Origin: Octopus sinensis | Taxonomy: Eukaryota | DNA length: 64,000 bases | Direction: 5' to 3' | Assembly: GCF_006345805.1 (NCBI RefSeq) | Contig: NC_043001.1 | Location: forward strand, 119,660,001-119,724,000 | In this document: one piece after another, positions 54,672 to 64,000 of the stretch | How the letters are laid out: each line of letters starts with the position of its first letter | Position numbering within the stretch: the first letter of the stretch is position 1 | Made by a program: the position numbers and the translations under genes | Notes under the pieces: generated by a model | Database searches by the model: none | What the model was told of the DNA's origin: nothing | What the model saw: the letters and a program-made list of their open reading frames with translations, nothing else

Positions 54672-54843
54672 TAATATATATATACATGTATATAAAATAT
54701 TATATATATGTACATATATATATAAAACTTACTTGGAAATGGATGCGTGGCATTCAATCATATAATAATATAAAAAATATATATATATATGCATGCATAC
54801 ATACATATATGTACATACTTATATATATATGTATATACACATA

Positions 54844-55176
54844 CATATATGGGTCATAGAATGCAAACAACATGAAATACATAAACATGGAATACAAACT
54901 TTTTTTTTGCGAACAACAAAAGAAACAAATGGAAAACAAGACAAGCAACATAAAGAACGACCCTTCATCAGTTGTCGGCTGTTTTATCTACTCCACATTT
55001 CGATTAGATAAAACAGCCAACAACTGATGAAAGGTCGTTCTTTATGATGCTTGTCTTGTTTTCCATTTGTCCCTTTCGCTGTTTGCAAAAAAAGTTTGTA
55101 TTCCATGTTTTCATATTTCATGTTGTTTTCGTATTTCATGTTGTTTTCATTCTATGATGTCCTGTACCCGTATATG
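54844..55176. repeat. Long palindrome (~145-170-bp arms, 14-nt loop)
   Basis: Centre ...GCTGTTTTATCTA-ctccacatttcgat-TAGATAAAACAGC...; the arms pair out to CATATA.GGGT/ACCCGTATATG. Confidence 0.9.
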
Positions 55177-55344
55177 CATGTGTTTCCATCTGTCAAGTGT
55201 GTTATATAAGTCAACAAATTTTGAGAAAAATTAATTTAGATGTGCTTTATTTCTTACGTATGACACAGTTATTCATATGCAGACTATATCTACTTTTATA
55301 CATGAAGCAAACCCTTGTGATTCAAACCTATAAATATATATATT

Positions 55345-55423
<79 letters not shown>

Positions 55424-56050
55424 CAACACACATATATAGATAGATAGATAGATAGATAGATAAAGAGAGAGAAAGAAAGAGAGAGATTGTTGATGGTTTA
55501 TGACTTTATAAATTATTATATACACACACAGATAGGGACAGATGAGGCTGTTTATATTCATGGCTGTGTAGTTAGGAAACTTGCTTCCCAACCATGAAAT
55601 TTTAGATCCAATCCAACTTCATGGTACCTTGGGCAAGTATCTTCTACTATAGCCCAGTGCTGACCAAAATCTTATGAATGGATTTATTAGGTGAAAACTG
55701 AAAGAAGACAGATATATATATATACACACACACACATATGTGTGTGTGGTGTGTGTGTATGTATTTCTGTGTATCCTTGCTAGACATCATGTGATGATTG
55801 TAAATAAGCATCATTGTCTTAATAGCAGGGTGGTTTGATTCCAGTCTTCCGTTAAAAAAAAAAAAAAAGTCTAGCTATGGGAACATATGATTTTACTTGC
55901 AAACAAGTGAGAATTTGTGAAAGGGAGAGCATTCAGCCATAGAAAATCTGTCCCAACAAATTCTGTCTAACCCATGTAAGCATAGAAAAATGGATGTTAA
56001 ATGATAATGATGATACATATATCAATATATAAATATATCTCAACATGTAT

Positions 56051-56236
56051 AGGTGCAGGATTGGCTGTGTGGTAAGTAGCTTGCTTACCAACCACATGGT
56101 TCTGGGTTCATATCCCACTGCATGGCACCTTGGGCAAGTGTCTTCTACCATAGCCTCGGGCCGACCAAAGCCTTGTGAGTGATTTTGATAGATGGAAACT
56201 GAAAGAAGCCCGTCATATATCTGTATATATATATAT

Positions 56237-56277
<41 letters not shown>

Positions 56278-56570
56278 ACACACACACACACACACACATA
56301 TATATATGTATGTGTGTGTGTATATATATGTATGTATGTGTGTGTATATGTTTGTGTATCTGTATTTGTTCCCCCAACATCGCTTGACAACCGATGGTGG
56401 TGTGTTTATGTTCCTGTAACCGAGCGGTTCAGCAAAAGAGACCAATAGAATAAGTACTAGGCTTCCAAAGAATAAGTCCTGGAGCCGATTTGCTCAACTA
56501 AAAAAGAAAAGGTGGTGTTCCAGCATGGCCGCAGTCAAATGACTGAAACAAGTAAAAGAGTAAAAGAGTA
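56051..56570 (+). mobile_element. SINE family C, full length with an expanded internal microsatellite
   Basis: Collinear with 16626-17021; tail (GTAAAAGA)x2. Confidence 0.85.
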
Positions 56571-57289
56571 TGTGTGTCATGTGAGTAAAAGTATATATTT
56601 GTGTATATAACAGCAGTTGAGTAATTGTTCATGTATATGTGTGGAAGGTTGAGCATGAGTGCATATACCAGCAGTACAAAATATTTAGATGGCTTCTAAC
56701 CACTCAATAAACTGCAAACAAAGGCTCACATAAATATAAATGCACGCCAAGGGAGGAGACAAGAGACAAAGAAACACAATAACTCACAACTTGATGAAGT
56801 CAATTGCAAATATATATATTTGTGTGTGTAAGAAGGAAAACAACTGAAAACAAAAATATCCATTCTCAGATATACACCAACAATAAATGCACACACACAC
56901 ACACTGGGTGTCCTACTTCCAAAATGTATACATACATTGAATAAGTATTAAGTCAGTGTTTATTAGAAAACATTTCAATTTCAAAATTTAATAGAATTTC
57001 CAAACAGATTTCAATTTTTTTTTTTTTTGTTGTTGATTGTCTGTTTTCCTGATGATCATTTTGGTCCAGGCACTGCTAATAATGTAAAGCAATGGGATCA
57101 CAAACATCAAAACTTTTACATTCAGTATTTGTGTGCATTCTCATTCAATAGCTGCCCTCAATTCATTGACTGTTGCGAGTTTTATACCATAAACTTTATC
57201 TTTTAGGTGTCCTCAGATACACACACACATTTATATGCATATATATATGTATATATGAATATATATATATATATATATGCATATATATA

Positions 57290-57347
<58 letters not shown>

Positions 57348-57960
57348 TATATATATGCATATATATATGCATATATAATATATATATATATATATATATT
57401 ATATATAATATATATGTATACACACACACATACACTCACACACACACATCTTTCATATGGTGGTTCCACTAACTGTTTCAATGGTTCCCTGCTCTAAGGT
57501 TCATAGTTGGGGAGTAATAATTTATGTTACAAAATGCACTTGAAGGTGTGACGTTTTACCAAAAGATCTGGGCTTGCCAGAGAGTTCCATACTCCACTCA
57601 TATACTCAAAACAGTTTGATGATAATTCTCATAGGCTCGTGTAAGGAATCAGAGCCACAAAACATTACTGGTATTTTAGGCTTCATACAATACACACATG
57701 TTTCAGAAAGTGGATTGTTGTTACTACATAAGCTGATTGGCTTGGTTACATATTACCATCCACTCACTTCCTTAACATTATAAGAGAAGCATGCATACCT
57801 TCATCTACCCAAATATACAAATTAGGTACCAGATAGTTGGTGTAACAGAATTGAGGGTACTAGAATGTAAAATAGGATTGTGTGAGATAGGAATGGTAGG
57901 GGTAGGACAGAAATGTTTTAAATCTGTAATTATCCTCTACTCATTAAGATAGATCCACAT

Positions 57961-57994
<34 letters not shown>

Positions 57995-58271
57995 AAAGAA
58001 AATAATGGCTAAAAGACAATGAAGCATCAATAATAAAAACAACATCCACCACAAAAATAATGACAATGAAATCAAGAAGAGTCAGTGGTATAACATTGAT
58101 TTTGTAAAGTGAGTTGATAATCAGCATTGATATCTATCAGATATCTAGGTCAAAGTACTGCAATTTTGGTAGACACTGGGGGATCAGTGTGTTCATAAAC
58201 TATTTAAACACAAAGACAATGGCACCCCTGCTAATGCACAAACTGATACAGCCATAACTAGGGTGTATGTA

Positions 58272-58304
<33 letters not shown>

Positions 58305-59489
58305 TATAATGGAATAATTACTATGAAGAATTGTGCAGAATATATTGTATAATGGATTGTGGGTAAGGCCAAAACAATGCGAAGTAAATGCAAGGTAAAT
58401 CACAAGAAAACAAATATGTGAATTAATGTAGACTTAACTTGTATTCAATATTTCGGGGTTCTGACCCCATCTTCAAGAAATTGATGAATGTCGCTGATGT
58501 GCATATGTGTGAGCATGTGTGGAGTAGATATGCACACATTCTCACACATATGTTCACACACACACATACATACATACAATACATACACATATAATAAATA
58601 AGAAACAAGCAAATCTTGTTTTAAATATATATACACATTCTCATTGAAACAATGATGCAAAATTTAAAATTTATATATGTATACACACACACACACACAC
58701 TGGTGGACAAAATGACAGAGCTACAAATATAGATATCTAAATAAATAGAGGATTTAGATATTGTTTATCATTCAGTCTAACCAATAGTAAGATATTATTG
58801 ATCATATAATTAATGTTATAATTATGCAAAAATATGTTAGCTTGTTCAACCATGTCAAGCTGGAAAAAAAGCTGCAGTCTATCATGTTGAGAATAGGAAC
58901 TGAGTACAGATTTATCTACTAAATCCAGACCTTTTTACAATGTGTCATACCCTTTAGAACATTTTGTAATGTATATATTGACAGACAGACAGACTAAAAT
59001 GAGACCATGATTCAGCTCCACATTACTTAAAGTTTCAAGGATGTACAACACATTAATATCATCACATATTCCCAGTCAGACCCTAAGATCAAACATCTGA
59101 TGATGGGATTCGTTCTTTGCTTCAAAAAACTTTAAGTAATGTGGACTGGAGTTAAACTGCTAATAAATACACCTAACTCCAAATGAGATTTCTGATTGCT
59201 ATTCCTTGTTGCTTTTTGTCATTCACTCATATATGTATGCATACATATATGCATGTATAAATACATACATATATACATGCAATAATGGTATGTACATCAA
59301 TTGCTTTATATATGTATATAATTATTAAGACATATATCGATATTTCTACATTAGCACACACTCAAACATAAATGTATATATACAATTTAAAAATAGGATA
59401 AAATCTTTATAAGAATTTATCAAGTAGTTAGCGTGAAAAACCTCATAAGAGAAAAAATCCATCAATTTTTTCACTTAAATATATTTATT

Positions 59490-59671
59490 TATATTATATA
59501 GAGGGCATTACTATACATAAATGCCACATGCTATGAGGGACTCTTAAAGTCAAAACTACCAAAATAAATAAACACATCATACCGTTATGATGTGTTTATT
59601 TATTTTGGTAGTTTTGACTTAAGAGTCTCTCCTAGCATGTGGCATTTATGTATAGTAATGCCCTCTATATA

Positions 59672-59676
<5 letters not shown>
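59490..59676. repeat. Near-perfect palindrome (~91-bp arms, 4-6-nt loop)
   Basis: Centre AAACACATCAT-accgtt-ATGATGTGTTT; ends ATATTATATAGAGGGC / GCCCTCTATATAATAT. Confidence 0.92.
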
Positions 59677-59725
<49 letters not shown>

Positions 59726-59750
59726 CATACCATACCAGATAGACACAGAT

Positions 59751-60020
59751 GGTGTATGGCCAAGTGGTTAGGGTGTCGCACATACAACCATGATATTATG
59801 AGTTCGATTCCTCAGACTAAGCTGTGTGTTCTGTTTTTGAGCAAAACAGCTCATCTCACATGGCTCTGCGATCACTTCAACATGTGACATGTGGCACACT
59901 GTGGAGATGCACAGACAACATTGATCTGATGCAGTGAGTGAGCTGATGAGCAGCACAAACATTTGATCACTATAAACAAATAAATTGCACAGATAATTTG
60001 GCAAGACATTGCTGAACCAT
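59751..60020 (+). mobile_element. Decayed tRNA-headed SINE
   Basis: A-box TGGCCAAGTGG, B-box GAGTTCGATTC, then TTTGAGCAAAACA. Confidence 0.65.
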
Positions 60021-60919
60021 CATTCTTGAACTCAAAAGACTAACGAATGATGCTTTTATGCAACGTGGATGTTCTGTAAGAACTGCACTATGCAGTTGTC
60101 TTAGAGAACCTCTCATATTGGCTTTTAAGACAAAATGCACTTTTATTTATATCACTAGTGGAAAGCTAAATCCTTCCCACCTCCAACACCAAAACCTTCA
60201 GACGCTCCACCACTAGAAATAGCAGTGATTCATCTCCTCCACCAGCAATATATAGAATAACAGTGCCAGAATATACATATATATATATGCACACACACAC
60301 ACATATATATATATACATATCTATATATGCACACACACACACGCACACATAAATGTATAAATATGTATGCATTCATATCTCAATATATTCAAACACATAA
60401 TGTTCTTTGCTTGAGGTGATTGTAGGTTTGTAGTCTGCAGCAAGACAAGACTCACTTCCCTCAGCAGAATGCATAACCTTATTCAAGACCAACAGACAGC
60501 ACCTATAAAATGCTTATTACATACTCGCCAATGATCAGCTCAAGATCAAAGTAAAGATACCAAGTTGCAAAACCCTCAGCTGCTGTCTACAACAGGCAAG
60601 TGTACCATATATATACAAAAATCATAAAGAATGAAAATTCATTATCAATGATAATTCTTTATTTATTTTTAATATATTCTGTGATTAATACACTGAAAAT
60701 AATTGGTGTTGAGCATCAGATTCACAAATTGTACCCATCAAAAGAAATTAATAACAACGTATATGGACTGCTGTAGTACTAACCATATACTTAAGGTAGG
60801 CAAGTCCTATTTCTACACAGTGCATAAAGAGGTATTTGTCTGGAATTATTTAATACCTATTTTCCTTCCCAATATTATGTATATATATATATGTGTGGTG
60901 TATATAAATATATATATAT

Positions 60920-60982
<63 letters not shown>

Positions 60983-61119
60983 TATATATATATATATATA
61001 TTATATATAATATATATATGTATGTGTGTGTATACACCATACATACATAAATATTGATATATATGTATAGGTTTATACATATGTATATACATGTATATAT
61101 CTTTCTATCTTTCTATCTA

Positions 61120-61160
<41 letters not shown>

Positions 61161-62070
61161 GTGTGTGTATATATATATATATATATATGGTGGAAGTCAA
61201 CTGATGACTGAGTAGGACCACTTCCTAAACTCAGTATGTCCATGCAGATGTTCCAAATATCCAAGAAGTTACTATGCCTGAATTTGGTTGGGGTGGATAA
61301 AATATTGATCACTGAACCCACTTCACGGACATACAACAGAGGTTGAGATAACCAGAACACACTGCACTTCAGCTTTTTATTTTTTTCATATATATAGAAG
61401 TTTACCTCCTCCTAGAAGGAAGTTCGAATCAGAACAAGGAGTCCTTCACTCCCAGTGGTTCACATGCCAGTTAACTTATAGCTGGGACCCTAAAAGGTGC
61501 TAATCAGAGTAGACCTGAACAACTGGCTAAGAGGTGGTCCCACACTCCTCAAACCCCAGTGCCCCAATGCAGGATCCAGTTTAAAGTCATACACAGGACA
61601 TACATACATACATGCATCCATCCATTCATTCATCCATCCTTCCAAATATCCAGCCAACCAGCCAGCCAGCCATCCATCCATCCATACATACATACCTACG
61701 TCCAACTGACTATACACACATGTATACATGCATACATACAATATAAATGTAGGCATACTTATATTGTTACAAATTTAGCTTCACAAACACGCCTTCAGGA
61801 TTTAGTGCCACTGCATATCAACAGGTGCATCGAATTTAATGTAGCAATGTAGCCCTGGGCTAAATGATAATTGGTCACTTATTAAATGTAACTATTGCTG
61901 TAGTACACGTGGTGCATACACTCCTACAACACCGTTTTGCTTATGTGCTATAAATGCAGAAGTAAATCTGCCTTCAACTCAGTCGTGGGCCTGTGTTTAG
62001 GTTATTTTTCATGTTTTACTACATAAAGGTCACAAACTGCCTGCCCTGAGTAATTACTAATGGCATGTGC

Positions 62071-62108
<38 letters not shown>

Positions 62109-62645
62109 TACACACACACATATATATATATGTATATATATATATTTGTATATGTATGTATATATATATATGTGTGTCTGTGAGTTTGTGTGTGTGTGTG
62201 TGTATGTACATATACATATATACATACATACATGCATACATATATATAGAGAGAAGAGAGGGGGTGGAGAAAAAGTAAGATGTGTGTATATATATATATA
62301 TATATATAGAGATAGATAGGTATTTATAGATACATATATAGTTATATACATATAGTTTTATGTGTACATGTGTGTATGTATGTATGAATATATGTAGGTT
62401 TATTAGTTTGTATGTATATTATAAGTGTAAAGTGGAGTTTATAGTATAACCTTTCTTCCATGGTTTACAATTGTTTCAGTTTAAGGTGACCAATCATATA
62501 TCATGTTGACATGGGTATTGATGAGAACAACAACTTAGTGAGGCACACTATGTAATGTCTATTACACAACAGTACCAGACTTTCTTTCTTCACAATGCAT
62601 ACATACACACATATTCCTATAAATATATTATACATATATATATGA

Positions 62646-62693
<48 letters not shown>

Positions 62694-62727
62694 ATATATG
62701 ATGAGAAGATAGGGATAAATTATCTAG

Positions 62728-62810
62728 GTGGGTACTGTAAAAGCACTCGCTTAGAATCCAGGTTCAGGTTGGGTGCATCAAATTATAAGGAGCACCTAAG
62801 ATTACTCAGA
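62728..62810 (+). CDS. Candidate 83-nt exon (phase 1 to phase 0)
   Basis: Weak acceptor TATCTAG| and strong donor AGA|GTAAGT. It reads GYCKSTRLESRFRLGASNYKEHLRLLR. Confidence 0.35.
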
Positions 62811-63324
62811 GTAAGTAACCTGGCTGTGATTCATCTGATGGATAAATCCTGGGTTCACTTTGCTGGTTTAATGAGTGTATATCCAAGATAATCACAATGA
62901 AAATGAAGATTAGATCATTTGCATATTTTTTTTATTTCTACAGTCAATTATATAGCATATTTGGTTTAAATTTGTCTGATACACACTCCTGCTGCATAGA
63001 AAACTAGTAAGTGTAATTGCATTCAGCTATTTTCAACTGGTTAGCAGTCTTTACAACTTTATTCAAGGTCTGTCCACAGATGTAGTCCAAAGTGAACTAA
63101 GTGTATGTATCTTGTTAGTATTACTCTTTGTAATCTAACCATTATGGGTATAAAATGAGGAGAAACTAAAGATGATATAGCACTACTTTGACTCTGCTCA
63201 CCTGAGGATGCACATGTATACAGCTATTGTTAAATCATACCTGTGCAATATTGCATATAACATATGTAACATTCAGCAATTAACAGCTGATAATGATGTG
63301 TTGAAGCAATTGTAACAATATGTA

Positions 63325-63487
63325 ATGAAGCTGGTTCACAGTTTTCCCATAGGAAGGGCATTGAGCCATGGGAACCACACCAAAGCAGACATGGAACCTG
63401 AACAGGCCTTCAGCTGGCCAGATCCTGTCAAATTGTCCAACCCATGCCAGCATGGAAAATGGACATTAAATGATGATGATAATGGTG

Positions 63488-63490
<3 letters not shown>
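63325..63490 (+). mobile_element. Family D 3' end, plus orientation
   Basis: AGGAAGGGCAT...CCAACCCATGCCAGCATGGAAAATGGACATTAAATGATGATGAT. Confidence 0.7.
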
Positions 63491-63548
<58 letters not shown>

Positions 63549-63840
63549 TATGTATATAAAACCCATGTAGTAGATATATGGTCACAAAGACCAGAATCCA
63601 TGAACTTTTATCATAATTAAAGTCTAAAGACATTAAATTCAGTGGTACTACTTCTTTGGCTGGTCCAGCAACATTTCCAAGGTGAATTGTAACAGAGATG
63701 ATGGAGAAGGTAAAAGACTAAGAATGTCGAGAACAACAACATATAAGTGAGACAGAAAATTTTAAACATATACATATATATATATACTATAAGCAAATGT
63801 TGTACATATAAATACATATATATATATATATATATATATA

Positions 63841-64000
63841 TGCTGAGACCCCCTTTGGTAATGATTGACCATGGGATTGCACCTAGAAAGTTACCCTCCC
63901 AGGCACAAGTCCAAGCAAAGTTGTTTAGGGAAGACCAGCAGTTGCCCATGCATACTGGGCCTCCCCTCTCCATGCCACCGATATTATCCAAGGGAAAGGC
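63841..64000 (-). mobile_element. 3' part of an interspersed SINE-like repeat, cut by the window end
   Basis: GC-rich island (GACCATGGGATTGCACCTAGAAAG...GAAGACCAGCAG...CCTCCCCTCTCCA) recalled as a mollusc SINE tail. Confidence 0.5.

Noticed and set aside
57545-57640. GLAREF as a kinase DFG-loop remnant
   Set aside because: It is preceded by S and a stop, with no DFG and no acceptor; likely chance.
60160-61560. Several GC-richer islands (WKAKSFPPPTPKPSDAPP; SLPPPRRKFESEQG) as exons
   Set aside because: Splice signals are weak and frames are ambiguous, so they cannot be supported without RNA data.

Overview
This is AT-rich eukaryotic DNA, not prokaryotic. The tRNA-derived SINE families, RTE, CR1 and R4 LINEs and very dense (TA)n/(TACA)n/(GATA)n microsatellites point to an octopus-like cephalopod; that taxon call is inference from recalled repeat families, not a search. 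Layout: (1) 1-3534 is a GC-richer 43-bp tandem array with higher-order duplications. (2) 5275-~11000 is a minus-strand CR1-type LINE ORF2. It is split at a 4-bp CTGC duplication by a complete 3.1-kb non-coding LTR element (6938-10048; ~610-bp LTRs, tRNA-Trp-like PBS, PPT), which itself carries a SINE with a 13-bp TSD. (3) 11-34 kb is probably intronic DNA with many SINEs, RTE fragments, a Helitron-like insertion, fold-back elements and two credible spliced exons (a TM helix, then a Tyr-containing tail). (4) 34.4-37.5 kb is a decayed R4/Dong-clade retrotransposon sitting in an (AAT)n tract. (5) 38.8-64 kb is microsatellite-dominated, with more palindromes, decayed hammerhead-like motifs, MITEs and a few candidate exons. 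Almost all listed ORFs in the microsatellite zones are artefacts. No rRNA, genuine tRNA gene or CRISPR array was seen, and no host gene could be named. The best leads are the non-autonomous LTR element and the TSD-flanked fold-back family with Penelope/hammerhead-like features.
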